Virus genome (UHGV): UHGV-0135983 | Origin: a virus | DNA length: 35,851 bases | Direction: 5' to 3' (one strand) | Shown: one piece after another, positions 5,843-16,056 of the stretch | Layout of the letters: each line of letters starts with the position of its first letter | Position numbering within the stretch: the first letter of the stretch is position 1 | The notes under the pieces: generated by a model | Told to the model about the DNA's origin: nothing | Database searches by the model: none | What the model saw: only the letters and a program-made list of their open reading frames with translations | Position numbers and translations under genes: made by a program

Positions 5843-8733
5843 CGCATACCGGGATCGACCTGGTTAATCAGCGGCGCAATCCAGAACAGATTATTACCGG
5901 GTAACAGCGTACGCACGTTATGCAGCACACGGTCGCCGGCGTCGCCATTCAGCACGCCGGCGGTTACATCTGTAACGGTATCCAGCAGGCCAAAGGTTGG
6001 CCCCAGAGCAGAACCGATAAAGCCGCGGCTGGCGTAACGGGACTGCGTACCGGTGCCGAGCAATGGCCCTAGCCCTACCATCCCGCCGGATGCCTTTTCA
6101 GCCATGTTGTTATATTCCATCAGTGGACCGAGGATACCAGAACGGTCGATGCCCTCGAGAACCATCTTCTGCGGGGTCAAATCAACTTCCCGGCCATTAG
6201 CCGCCTGCTTAAGCGCATAGGTCAAAGAGCCCAGGCCAATCTGGAAGGCGGTGCCGTAATAGAACTGCGCGGTACCTTCCTGCAGGCCGCCGAGCGTTGC
6301 GCGATTATAGGATGCCGTAGCAAAAGACTTAAACTGGAATACGGTTTTCCCCAGCGGGGTACTAGCCCACAGCGGCGTATCACCGATCCCCGGCGTGATA
6401 ACTGTATTGTTTACGTCTTTCAGTACCGCGGATTGCAGCAAACCGGCGGCGTACTGGTCATCCCATTTTTCGAAATTGCCGATATGCCAACCCTGAATAA
6501 CTTCGCCGTGCTTCTGAAATTCTCGCTGGATGCGTTCGGCCATCTTCTCATTGATGCCGAGTTTTGCCAGGCGCTTCGCAGGGAACGCGCCGGACAGAAT
6601 ACCGTCGGACGTGATCATGCCATTCACCGATTTGTTCATATCGTCAAAGTGGCCCATCATGGTCAACTTGCCGAACACATCGGTAATACGTTCCATGCCA
6701 GCTTCTGCAGCTGTCGTACGTGAAGAGCTATCGACCAGATCCCCCATCGTACGCGCGCGGGTATGCAGTATGGTTTCAAGTCCAACGGCCATTTTCTTCT
6801 GATCCGCCCGGCTGGCGAGGTAAGCCGGCGAGCGGGTAATCAGTGCGCCATATCCACGCATGGTATTGCTGAAGCCGTTAACCATCATGCCGCGCGCCAG
6901 ATCCGGGATAGCGGATACCGTCATGCCACCGAGTTTTGTTACAAAGTTGGCGCTACGCAGGAAAGCACCGGCGCGGACGAAAAATGATGATGGGTCATCC
7001 GGCATACCGTAGGTACCAACGAGGCGATCGCGGAGCGCCAGAATATCGCGCAGGTCGGCTTCGCGCGCCTTCGCCAGCTTTTCCTGTTCTGCCGGGCGTA
7101 AACGCATCAGCGCGTCGTATTCGTCCTGGATGGCGGCGAGCTGCGAATCCAGCGACTTATTGCCAAAGGTGCGGGTTAATTCGATTTCTGCTGAGGCTTC
7201 ACGAATATGACGCTGCAGGACGTAGTTAGCATCGCTCTCCAGATAATCTTTCATCAGGCGATCGGGAACGCTCAACGTACGCGATTTTGTGCTACCCGGC
7301 GCTTTCACCATAAAGACGTTGGCGAACTCCTGCGGAATTTTGGCCCCGACAATACGGTTGATAGTGGTATCTGCGGCAATTTCGGCATCTTCGCGGGACA
7401 TGGTTTTTTCACCGCGTGACCACCAGTCAACCAGCATGTTGCGGAATTTATCGCGCTCGCTAACGATTTTCCCTACCTTGTACACGCGTGGGAAATAGCT
7501 GGTCTGTCCCATCGCTTTCAGTTCGGCATCCGGCGGAAGTAAACCCAGTTCCTGCTGTGCCGTCTTCACACGATTGATGACCGTACGCATTGCCTGTGCC
7601 GCTTCCTGCACTTTCGCATTAACGTGCACGTCACCGTTGCGCAGCGCCTCGCCAACCTGTTCACGGAAGGCCGTATAACCCAGATCGCCGCCTTCGGCTT
7701 TGTACTGGGTGTATGCCTGCTTATTCGCAGTAACGACGGCCGCCTCTTCACGGCGCCAGCCACGTACGCGCGTCTCAGCTGCAACCGGCGTTTCAATACC
7801 GCGCAGGTTGCCTTCCAGCGTGAAGTTATTCTCTGCAAGTTCCAGCGCTGTCCGGCGCGCTTCTTTTGATGGGGATTCCATCAGGCGGGTGATCGGCGTC
7901 AGATAGCTACCGGCTTTTTTAGCCAGCTTGCCTAGTGGGCCGCCAGACACCGGTGTGAGATCATCCAGCGTAGCTTCGCGGATACGCATGGCGCCGACGC
8001 TGCCACCATTCGGTAAAGTATCCGCCAGGGCATCAGCTGCGTTGTTAATCGTTGGCGAGGCGTTCATATTATCGAGCGCCTCCGCCACTTCACGGGTGGC
8101 CGCATTTCTTACCGACGGGGTGATCATCGCGCCAGCAGTGGCAAATACACCGCTGAGAAGTGCGCCGGCAGTAATGTGTGCGGCGCTCTCCCTGGCTGTT
8201 CTGGTGTACTGCTCGTTATTGAGCGCAACCTCGCTAAGTGCGGTACCGGCAGCGCCAATAGCAACCTGAGAACCAATACGCGCAGCCAAGCTTCCCTGCG
8301 CACCAGGAATAAACATCGATGCGACCGTGACAGGGTCGATAATTCCGGCGGCGATACTAGCCAAAGTTCCTTCAGCGCCTGTTTCAGACAGCACCCGGCG
8401 GTCTTCGTTTTCATCGTCTATCTGGTTTTTAATCCAGGCGGTTTCCTCTGGGGATTTTGAATCCGCAAAGGCGGATCCCCATTGTTCGTACCCCTTTAGT
8501 TCGTTTTTATCAGAATAAGGGTTATAACCGTCCGCCGGTTCGAATTGTTTAGCCGGGCGGAACATTCCGGCCAGCAGGTTATTCTGACGAAAAGCGGCAT
8601 CCCATACAGACGGTTGCTGTTGCAGCGGTTCCGGGTTAGTTCCTTTAGGCAGAGATACATCAAAACCAGTTGGCTCCTGAAGAGCATTATCCATTACGCT
8701 TAGCGGTTCGTCAGATTGTGGGTAGAAAGGCAT
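5839..8733 (-). CDS. Large internal virion/ejection protein (T7 gp15/gp16-class)
   Basis: The protein is 964 aa, Ala/Gly-rich, coupled (TAATG) to the preceding SLT protein, and lies last in the internal-protein block. Confidence 0.6.
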   Translation of the reverse strand: MPFYPQSDEPLSVMDNALQEPTGFDVSLPKGTNPEPLQQQPSVWDAAFRQNNLLAGMFRPAKQFEPADGYNPYSDKNELKGYEQWGSAFADSKSPEETAWIKNQIDDENEDRRVLSETGAEGTLASIAAGIIDPVTVASMFIPGAQGSLAARIGSQVAIGAAGTALSEVALNNEQYTRTARESAAHITAGALLSGVFATAGAMITPSVRNAATREVAEALDNMNASPTINNAADALADTLPNGGSVGAMRIREATLDDLTPVSGGPLGKLAKKAGSYLTPITRLMESPSKEARRTALELAENNFTLEGNLRGIETPVAAETRVRGWRREEAAVVTANKQAYTQYKAEGGDLGYTAFREQVGEALRNGDVHVNAKVQEAAQAMRTVINRVKTAQQELGLLPPDAELKAMGQTSYFPRVYKVGKIVSERDKFRNMLVDWWSRGEKTMSREDAEIAADTTINRIVGAKIPQEFANVFMVKAPGSTKSRTLSVPDRLMKDYLESDANYVLQRHIREASAEIELTRTFGNKSLDSQLAAIQDEYDALMRLRPAEQEKLAKAREADLRDILALRDRLVGTYGMPDDPSSFFVRAGAFLRSANFVTKLGGMTVSAIPDLARGMMVNGFSNTMRGYGALITRSPAYLASRADQKKMAVGLETILHTRARTMGDLVDSSSRTTAAEAGMERITDVFGKLTMMGHFDDMNKSVNGMITSDGILSGAFPAKRLAKLGINEKMAERIQREFQKHGEVIQGWHIGNFEKWDDQYAAGLLQSAVLKDVNNTVITPGIGDTPLWASTPLGKTVFQFKSFATASYNRATLGGLQEGTAQFYYGTAFQIGLGSLTYALKQAANGREVDLTPQKMVLEGIDRSGILGPLMEYNNMAEKASGGMVGLGPLLGTGTQSRYASRGFIGSALGPTFGLLDTVTDVTAGVLNGDAGDRVLHNVRTLLPGNNLFWIAPLINQVDPGMR

Positions 8734-11447
8734 TATTCATTACTCCATGAAAAGTAGTTTTTGACCCTGTTCATACGCTCATCATGTAAGCGCTGATACT
8801 GTTCATCGAGAGCACGATGTTTTTCCTTAAAGCCCCGAATATCTTTACCACGTAATATTTCCTCTTCGCCTTGTTTCTCCCTCTCCTGCTGCATTTTTTG
8901 ATATGGCCCCCATTTTTCAATGTCAGGTTTCCAGCGCATGGGACGACCAAATTTATCGTAATAAGGCTGTACGCTCTCGATTCCATCTTTATCTTTCATG
9001 CGAACAACAACTGAATATTTGCGGTCGCGAGGGGTATCCAAATCAGGCGTAATCTCTAACTCTCCACCAATACGAGATTCAGGTGTATTGGTGGTTATTA
9101 CGGGCGCAGCCCCGGAAGTTATTCCAAGCTCTGTTGGGCTCGTTAATATTTCTTTACTGCGTTCCCCATACATTAGTTCTTCTTTTTCTTCTTTCCACTG
9201 TGCAGCCTGCCACCCTGCCGGGCCATAATTATAAAGTGCTTCAGGTGCATATTTCATAAACTGGGCGCTGCCATTTACATCGCTAATACTCCATGTTCGG
9301 GATATCTGTACGTTGGTCATTTTTTTAGCTAATTCGGCGTTACCACCCGAATTGCGATAATTGATGTCATACAATGACTGGTAGTCATTACGGAATTTTA
9401 CAGCATTAGGATTCTGGTCATCCGCAGCGGGACCGCCAAAGCTGTACCATGGTTTCATGCTGCTGACTGCAGAATCCATCGCGCTGGCACGCTCTTTTTT
9501 GTACTCCTTCGTGCTCTGTGTAGAAGACAATTGAGATTTCAGTGCGTCGGTCTGGTTGTAGGTCACGTTCTGTGCTTGTTTTACAGCCGCATCGGGTGCC
9601 ATTCCAGCATCGGATAACTGTTTAACTGTCAGGTAAAAACTTTGCATATCCTTTGGCATGTCGCTAATAGATGCAGGATCCGCCCTGTACAGGGAATCGA
9701 ACAAATTAGCCCCCTGCTTCACCACGTCTGGGCTATCAGAGCGAGAAATAGCATTCAGCTGCGATGTAACTTGTGATGGGATAATGCCCGTCTGGTTAAC
9801 CTGCTGCACGATGGCGTCGTGAGTGGTGGCGTCGTTAATGCGGAAGTTAAGCGCCGATGGCGTATTGTCCGCCGCCTTCTGCATGGATTTGTTGCTCGGG
9901 TCGAGTTTCTCGCCGGAGATCAGCGCGTCGTTAAAGCGGGTAGCATCACGCTGCGCCTGAATATTGGCGTTGCTCTTCTGAACCAGCGCACTAAGTTTGC
10001 CGTACGCATCGAGTTTCAATGCGTAATCCGGGTCGTTTGCCTGCGGCTTCACTTTCGCCAGTTCGGCCTGCTGCTCTGCCGGGGTGACGTACTGGATAGC
10101 CTGGAAGGTTCTGGCGGTATCGATCGCGATATCCAGTTGCTTTACTACCTGCTGCCCTTTCTCGCCGTACATGAACATGATGGTTTCGGCATTAGGCATC
10201 GCTTCGGGAACATCACCATTGTACAGCTGAGAAAATGTATTATTAACGATGGGCTCCATCTGCTGGCGCAGCGCCGCTCGCTGTTCTCGGATCTGCGATT
10301 CGGCGATATTGTCGATTTTGTTTACCGCTACCGGGTCGAGGCCAGTTTTATTTTTGTTGTAACGGGAAAGCCAACCACGCGTTTCGGCTGGCAGCTGCTT
10401 AACGAAATCCGCCATTGAGATTTCGCCTTTGCGCGGATCGCCAACTTTAGCGATCAGCTTATCGACGTTACCCATACCCCAGTTATATGCAGCACCGGCC
10501 AGCGTTTCAGACTGATATTTTTTACTGAGCTGCCCGGCATAATCGCGCGCCAGCTGCGCATGCTGCACAGAGTCGTCCGGGTTGTACTCTACTCCACGTT
10601 TAGCCGCCAGTTCTTTCCCGGTGTCCGGCATCAACTGAAATTCACCCTGCGCGCCCGCGGGGGATGTAACAAGGCTACCATCTGCATTGCGGTGCTTGCC
10701 GCCAGATTCCACCAGGCCAACGGCGCGCATATCAAGTTCGCCGGTGCTGCTGTTGACCAGCGTAAAATCGCCATTAAGCCAGCCGGTGGGATTGGTTACT
10801 GCGTAGTTCTGCGCGCGCTGCTCCAGCGCTTTTTGATTCGCTTCGGAGACCGCACCGTCGATGCGTTCCTGCGACCAGCCGCGAGCCTGGCCATACATCT
10901 CGATCGAGTGTTTACGGGCGCTGCGTATCAGCCCCGCCTGCATCGGGTTATCGTAGGCGCTGGCCTCCTGTTCAACTGAAGAGGTCACCGTCGCGTTAAG
11001 CTGCTGGCGCTGGGCTTCCTCAGTCTGCGCCCGTTCGAAACCGCTATAGGTGCTTGTCCGGCGTACCTGCCCCGCTTTCCACTGCGCATCAAAATAGTTT
11101 AACTGGCTGGGCGGCACGCGCTTGCGCGCTTCCTCGTAATCGCCAGCGTCGGCCTTATCCATATCGATGACCACACCTGACGATTTAAAGCCCTGACGCG
11201 TAACCGTGGCGCCCGTCTCCGGGTTTTCCCAGCGGTCATTAGATTTAGCTTCCAGATCGGTCAGAATAGCCTGCGTGGCCGCGACGTCGGCTTTATCCTG
11301 ATCACGCTGCACCTGCTCTGCTACCTGCCCAGCAGCAGCGCCAAAACCAGATACTGCGTTACCCACAGCGCCCACATTGCTGACTGCGACGCGCGTAGGT
11401 TGTACCTGCGGCGTTACATTGCCAAAATTACCCGTTGGAATTCTCAC
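8733..11447 (-). CDS. Internal virion protein with lytic transglycosylase (SLT) domain
   Basis: SLT motifs are ESGGKH..., GEFQLMPDTG and AAYNWGMGNV. The start is GTG at 11447, after GGAGTAA. Confidence 0.8.
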   Translation of the reverse strand: MRIPTGNFGNVTPQVQPTRVAVSNVGAVGNAVSGFGAAAGQVAEQVQRDQDKADVAATQAILTDLEAKSNDRWENPETGATVTRQGFKSSGVVIDMDKADAGDYEEARKRVPPSQLNYFDAQWKAGQVRRTSTYSGFERAQTEEAQRQQLNATVTSSVEQEASAYDNPMQAGLIRSARKHSIEMYGQARGWSQERIDGAVSEANQKALEQRAQNYAVTNPTGWLNGDFTLVNSSTGELDMRAVGLVESGGKHRNADGSLVTSPAGAQGEFQLMPDTGKELAAKRGVEYNPDDSVQHAQLARDYAGQLSKKYQSETLAGAAYNWGMGNVDKLIAKVGDPRKGEISMADFVKQLPAETRGWLSRYNKNKTGLDPVAVNKIDNIAESQIREQRAALRQQMEPIVNNTFSQLYNGDVPEAMPNAETIMFMYGEKGQQVVKQLDIAIDTARTFQAIQYVTPAEQQAELAKVKPQANDPDYALKLDAYGKLSALVQKSNANIQAQRDATRFNDALISGEKLDPSNKSMQKAADNTPSALNFRINDATTHDAIVQQVNQTGIIPSQVTSQLNAISRSDSPDVVKQGANLFDSLYRADPASISDMPKDMQSFYLTVKQLSDAGMAPDAAVKQAQNVTYNQTDALKSQLSSTQSTKEYKKERASAMDSAVSSMKPWYSFGGPAADDQNPNAVKFRNDYQSLYDINYRNSGGNAELAKKMTNVQISRTWSISDVNGSAQFMKYAPEALYNYGPAGWQAAQWKEEKEELMYGERSKEILTSPTELGITSGAAPVITTNTPESRIGGELEITPDLDTPRDRKYSVVVRMKDKDGIESVQPYYDKFGRPMRWKPDIEKWGPYQKMQQEREKQGEEEILRGKDIRGFKEKHRALDEQYQRLHDERMNRVKNYFSWSNE

Positions 11448-11452
11448 GTTTA

Positions 11453-11941
11453 TTACTCCGCATATAATCCGTATTTGCCAGTTTTAGCCTTTTGCCAGCC
11501 GCTGTACGCCGTCCCGCCGGCGCTTAATAGCGAACTGCCGGCGCTGATATTTCCAGCCGTCGCCGCATTCCTGCCACTGATACGATCGGCCTGTGCCTGC
11601 GCCTGCAGACGGTTAGACGAATTCACGCCATTAAGGATCGTCTGGTAAGCGTCCTGCTCTGCGTCTTCGGTAATGCCAGAAGTAATGCGCAGTGCAGTGC
11701 CTTCGCCGGTTTCCACACCTGACGCCGCCAGCGAAGCGTTAGCCGCTGCAGCCTGTTTACGCCCTGCTTTACGGATGCGGTCGGCTTCCACCCGTGCGGC
11801 TTTCTGACTCGCCTCGGCGTCAGCTTCCGCCTGTGCAGCCTGATAGTTCGCCATTTTTTTCTGCTGCTGCCCGCTATACGCTGCGCCGCCAGCGGCCAGC
11901 ACTGAGGACGCTATTACAGCGATTTCTACGCCAGTGCACAT
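11453..11941 (-). CDS. Small internal virion protein (gp14-class)
   Basis: It has a hydrophobic N-terminus, an Ala/Gln-rich body and a GGAGG SD. It lies between the GNAT and the SLT protein. Confidence 0.5.
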   Translation of the reverse strand: MCTGVEIAVIASSVLAAGGAAYSGQQQKKMANYQAAQAEADAEASQKAARVEADRIRKAGRKQAAAANASLAASGVETGEGTALRITSGITEDAEQDAYQTILNGVNSSNRLQAQAQADRISGRNAATAGNISAGSSLLSAGGTAYSGWQKAKTGKYGLYAE

Positions 11942-11943
11942 CG

Positions 11944-12396
11944 TTAAACCTCCATCGAATAAAGCAGGCCTGTTTGCTGCAGGCCGAGACGCGAATACAA
12001 CTGGCCGGTGCGTTCTGCGTGCACCCCAGTGGTGATCCCCATGTTGATAACGGCGGCGCCGTGCTCTTTTGACCAGTCGATAAAGGCGCGTGCCAGTCGC
12101 GGCCCGGCGCTGCCGCCTCGATGTTCTGGCGCGACAAATAAGCCGTATTCAAAAGCCATCAACTGGCGGGAGAAAAATTGCTCTGCGATACCGCCGCCAA
12201 GCCAGCCGATCACATGCCCGTCTTTTTCAGCGACCAGCACACAACCAGACGGCGAATAAATCAGGCTCTGCGCCAGTTCTGCACATTTATCCGCGTCAAA
12301 CGGCGAATTTAGCGAGTAACGGGACTCGAGATACATCCGGGTCCCCAACTCGATAAGCGCCGGGATATCCCCGGCTGTGGCGTTACGAATCATCAT
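11944..12396 (-). CDS. GNAT family N-acetyltransferase embedded in the virion module
   Basis: The start is ATGATG at 12396, with a TAATG overlap onto the upstream gene. A motif-A-like segment HRGGSAGPRLARAF is present. The GNAT fold pattern is VLVAEKDGHVIGWLGG...FVAPEHRG. Confidence 0.75.
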   Translation of the reverse strand: MMIRNATAGDIPALIELGTRMYLESRYSLNSPFDADKCAELAQSLIYSPSGCVLVAEKDGHVIGWLGGGIAEQFFSRQLMAFEYGLFVAPEHRGGSAGPRLARAFIDWSKEHGAAVINMGITTGVHAERTGQLYSRLGLQQTGLLYSMEV

Positions 12397-14384
12397 TAGC
12401 CCCCGTTGCTGGTAAATACGATGACAATGGCGAGAAGATGAAATGGCAGCGGCTGGCGCTGCTGAATAGTCAGCGTGTCTTCTCCGCGCTCCCAGCCAAG
12501 TTTTCCCCAGTAGTGATCGCCGGTGAACAACGGCGCCGGCTGGTTGAGGATTTTTGGCCCGAACGTGCGGAACGGGATCACCTGGCCGTTGCACTCTGCG
12601 CCAGTGGTTTCGAGGAAACGCATAGTGACTTCACTTGTGCGCTTACGGGTGTTCTGCGTGGTGCCTTCAGACGTGGCGACTTCAGGTGTCAGCGTGGTAA
12701 TGGTTGTTTCAAAGTGCAGGCCGATTTCGACTTTGTAGGCTTTGCGCGATAGCGTGATTTGGCCGGATGAAACGACCGCCTGCGGCATCACTGAGCCATC
12801 AGCGACAATATCGACGGTCTCGCCTTCGAGGTGCGACAGTCCGCCCCATGTCGTTGCGCCAGTATCACTGGAGCCCGTCACGGCTGCATCGGTGTACAGG
12901 GCGTTACTGAACATTTCGACATAGCGAACGGTCTGGCCGTTGACCGTACGGCGCACAATGGCGTACACCACATCGTCAGTCGCTGAGGGAATAGTCGCTA
13001 CGGACTCAAACGCACCACTGGTGATCTGTCGTGACCACGCGACAACGTTCTGCACCCGGTCGATAGCCATTGTCACCATTACGCCATCATTGCGAACCAG
13101 CCAGGTAAACGCATCAGGTTGCTGCTGATACGCCATATCGATCACACCGCCTTCTGTGATGTGTTCCGCCAGTACAGTCATATCGTTGGCCGAGTAAGCT
13201 ACATAGCTGTCGGGGTCATAGGCGACAGCGTAGAGCTTACGGCCAGAACGCTGGACGAACATAATTTCGGTACCGACGCGCACCGGCCGGATCCCGTTGC
13301 ATCCGTACGGGCTGGGATTTTTTACCGAAATATTGGTAGGCGTAATCGCCGCATCATTGCCGGCGGTGATGGTGAACTCGCCGCCGTACGTCAGCGCAAT
13401 TAGCGTATTCATCTGCGCGAGGTGAACAATCGGGTTAAGCTGGTCAGAAGAGAGCGTAAAGCTGATCGCGTCGTCGTCATCGGTTCCCAGCTCGAAAGAG
13501 AGGTATACGCCCGATTCGCTCCACCAGATAGTTTGCGGATACTGCGGCGAACCAGCCAGAACCAACCGCTGCTGGTAAAGCGTTACCGCACCCGGGTATC
13601 CAAATTCATCCGTCCAGACAGAATCCTCGCGAGTCCAGGCGCCCGGCGATGCTGCCTGCGTTGCGCTTAAATCGGTGCGAATGGTACCGACAGCAACCTG
13701 TGCACTGGTTACGCTCTTGATCAGCACCAGACCGCTGTTAATCCTTACGTACGAGCCCACATCTTCAGGCACCCAGCCATCACCGGTGAGCGTTCCGTCT
13801 CCGCTTTCTGGCGGTTCATCATCGCTCAGTGTCAGCGTGATTTCCGAGCCGACGAATTCTTTCACTGATGGCTTGCACCACTTTTGCGGTGTGTCGCGTA
13901 CTTCGTCGAAGGGTTCAACGATAAACGGCGCCGGTTCCAGAACCCAATCGGTTTGCCCGCGTCGCTGCAGGCGATACGGTTTAACGGCCTGATGCACCAG
14001 AAACATGGTATCGGCGCCCTGAACGTAATTTACCGATGGCAGCATGTCAGAGGTGTACGGGCTGGCGATTTCATACGGCGTGTTATCGTCGTTCACCAGC
14101 TGCTTACCGTCCTGGTAAATTCGCAGATAGCCGTCGCCAAATTCCAGAATGTACGCCTGCGTGCGGTTAAAAACGTACGGAATGAGGCGGGATTTTTTAT
14201 CACCGTACTTTGTGGCCGCTACATACTGCGAACCGGGACGACGCATTACCCCGCCCTGTACCACGACCACGCTATTTTCCAGCGTCTTCGCGCCGTTCGC
14301 ATAGCGATCGATATCCACGCGCCCCATAAGACGTGGGGAAATTTCGCCGGCGGTGAAGTTGGTTTTAATCAGACTGGCGCGCAT
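12396..14384 (-). CDS. Tail tubular protein B (T7 gp12-class)
   Basis: The ATG at 14384 gives MRASLIKTNFTAGEISPRLMGRVD. The protein is about 660 aa and sits directly after the tubular protein A-like gene. Confidence 0.65.
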   Translation of the reverse strand: MRASLIKTNFTAGEISPRLMGRVDIDRYANGAKTLENSVVVVQGGVMRRPGSQYVAATKYGDKKSRLIPYVFNRTQAYILEFGDGYLRIYQDGKQLVNDDNTPYEIASPYTSDMLPSVNYVQGADTMFLVHQAVKPYRLQRRGQTDWVLEPAPFIVEPFDEVRDTPQKWCKPSVKEFVGSEITLTLSDDEPPESGDGTLTGDGWVPEDVGSYVRINSGLVLIKSVTSAQVAVGTIRTDLSATQAASPGAWTREDSVWTDEFGYPGAVTLYQQRLVLAGSPQYPQTIWWSESGVYLSFELGTDDDDAISFTLSSDQLNPIVHLAQMNTLIALTYGGEFTITAGNDAAITPTNISVKNPSPYGCNGIRPVRVGTEIMFVQRSGRKLYAVAYDPDSYVAYSANDMTVLAEHITEGGVIDMAYQQQPDAFTWLVRNDGVMVTMAIDRVQNVVAWSRQITSGAFESVATIPSATDDVVYAIVRRTVNGQTVRYVEMFSNALYTDAAVTGSSDTGATTWGGLSHLEGETVDIVADGSVMPQAVVSSGQITLSRKAYKVEIGLHFETTITTLTPEVATSEGTTQNTRKRTSEVTMRFLETTGAECNGQVIPFRTFGPKILNQPAPLFTGDHYWGKLGWERGEDTLTIQQRQPLPFHLLAIVIVFTSNGG

Positions 14385-14385
14385 G

Positions 14386-14949
14386 TCAGAACCTCGATTC
14401 GTACGTTGGATAGCCGCCAAGCTCTTCCGGCGGGTCTTCCTGACCATCTACCGCTTTCGCCTGCTTCAGCAGTACCAGCGATTCCTGGGCGATACTGTCG
14501 CGCAGACTGGTAGAGCCGGTGACGGCATAGGCCAGCTTTGCCTGCATCATCATTTCTGCCACATCAACGAGCGCGGCATCCCAGGTGGATTCGTCTTCGT
14601 TGCGGAACACATAACGCAGCTTCAGTACCTGCACGTTCGCCAGCAGCCGGTTTCCTTCGACGCGGTACGGGATATCGTCGTAAGGTTCCCCAACGGACAG
14701 AACGCGAAGAAGATCACCGGGTAGTGCGAACTGAAAGCGGAAACCGAATACCGGTGCCGTACTGACAGGAGAGAGAACCACACGTTTTACAACGCAGTTC
14801 CACGGATGCACGCGCAGTAGCTTATTGCGTACGGTGGGATAAAGGTTTGAGCACAGGCGGGCGTGATCGGTGTTTTCGTCGAAACTGTTAATCGGGTGAG
14901 CACCGAGCGCCAGCAGTGCGTTAGAGCAGATAGAAATACTGTCAGCCAT
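14386..14949 (-). CDS. Tail tubular protein A (T7 gp11-class)
   Basis: The protein is 187 aa, has a GAGGTAAGG SD, and is the first gene after the capsid terminator, matching T7 gene order. Confidence 0.6.
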   Translation of the reverse strand: MADSISICSNALLALGAHPINSFDENTDHARLCSNLYPTVRNKLLRVHPWNCVVKRVVLSPVSTAPVFGFRFQFALPGDLLRVLSVGEPYDDIPYRVEGNRLLANVQVLKLRYVFRNEDESTWDAALVDVAEMMMQAKLAYAVTGSTSLRDSIAQESLVLLKQAKAVDGQEDPPEELGGYPTYESRF

Positions 14950-14962
14950 AGCCTTACCTCAG

Positions 14963-14992
14963 ATGAAAAAAGGCCGGGAGATATCCCCCGGC
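14963..14992 (-). terminator. Intrinsic terminator directly after the major capsid gene (T7 Tphi-like position)
   Basis: Minus strand reads GCCGGG, an 8-nt loop, CCCGGC, then CTTTTTTC. Confidence 0.6.
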
Positions 14993-15008
14993 AAAGGCAC
15001 CAGCGGCT

Positions 15009-15920
15009 TTATGCTACGAAATCGATGGCGACTACTTTGTTTTCCGCTGCGCGGCCTGCACCATAGGACGCATCGACGGAAATCTGAATGGTGTTGTTTT
15101 TATCGCGGCGCGGGCCGATATCGACGTTGTACTCTTCGCCGGTACCAAAATGCACAGCAGATTTACACCAGGCTGCGGCGGTTTTGGTGGTTACAGCGGG
15201 ATCACCTGCTGAAGCAGAATCCAGTTTTTCATACGCCAGCCACTTAAAGCCCAGCCAGTTACCAGACACTGCGCCTTCCTGCAGCATTTTCACTGCCATA
15301 AAGTCGGCGCTGGTCAGCGTGGTATCGCTGAGGATTTGGGTCAGCATGTCGGCGTTGTAGGTGATATACAGCTCTTCACCGTTCTGCTCGTCACACTCGT
15401 TACGGCGGAACATGGCTTTCGCGGCGATCAGCTTCGCTTTGGTCATCCCTGTACCGCCAGCAACGATTTTCTGCGATGCAGGCAAGGCAACTGGAGCGTA
15501 CGCGCCAGTATTGGAGGTTTTACGCAGAACGGTATCGAGCAGCGCGCGATAAATAACATCGTCTTTTTTGCGGTTGGATGCGGCCAGCGTCAGCTGCAAA
15601 TATGGCCCCTGCGGGTCAGCCAGCAGTTTGCGCAGGTCGCGCTTTTCCACTGGCACGAATACGCCATAGTCAGCCATCAGCGCATTACGGGTGCCGGCAT
15701 CAGGCAGATCCCAGACGGTATCACCGAAACGCTCGGTGATCTGGGTCATTTCGATGGTACCCATATCGTTGATGGTGAACGACGCACCGGTAATATTGCC
15801 ACGGTCGTAAACAGCAGCTTGCAGGCGGGAATCCTTCTGCTGTGCGGCAATTTCGAAAGAATCATGGAACTGCTGAACAAACGCAGCGGTGATCATGTTC
15901 TTAGCGGTATCAAATGACAT
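15009..15920 (-). CDS. Major capsid protein
   Basis: The ATG at 15920 follows a GGAG SD and gives MSFDTAKNMITAAF... The protein is 303 aa and lies between the scaffold and tail tubular genes. The longer ORF-track start at 16001 was rejected. Confidence 0.8.
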   Translation of the reverse strand: MSFDTAKNMITAAFVQQFHDSFEIAAQQKDSRLQAAVYDRGNITGASFTINDMGTIEMTQITERFGDTVWDLPDAGTRNALMADYGVFVPVEKRDLRKLLADPQGPYLQLTLAASNRKKDDVIYRALLDTVLRKTSNTGAYAPVALPASQKIVAGGTGMTKAKLIAAKAMFRRNECDEQNGEELYITYNADMLTQILSDTTLTSADFMAVKMLQEGAVSGNWLGFKWLAYEKLDSASAGDPAVTTKTAAAWCKSAVHFGTGEEYNVDIGPRRDKNNTIQISVDASYGAGRAAENKVVAIDFVA

Positions 15921-16056
15921 AACAATCACTCCAGAAAGTATCGCCTGCGGGGTATCGGTTTCCCGGCCCAAATCAGCACAATGCGGTTGGCGCTGGCGCA
16001 TTGCGGGAAAATCAGGTATCCGGCGTCCCCGCCGGGCTGGTTGTGGAGTGATTGTT
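15921..16056 (-). promoter_or_regulatory. Long-range 13-bp perfect anti-SD/SD pairing flanking the capsid 5' leader
   Basis: 16056-16044 (AACAAUCACUCCA) is the exact complement of 15933-15921 (UGGAGUGAUUGUU). The latter contains the capsid SD and abuts the AUG. Confidence 0.5.

Noticed and set aside
14950-15030. Possible T7 gene-10-style programmed frameshift extending the capsid protein.
   Set aside because: No slippery heptamer lies near the capsid stop. The -1 frame hits a stop almost immediately. The +1 frame gives only about 20 codons, running through the terminator hairpin.
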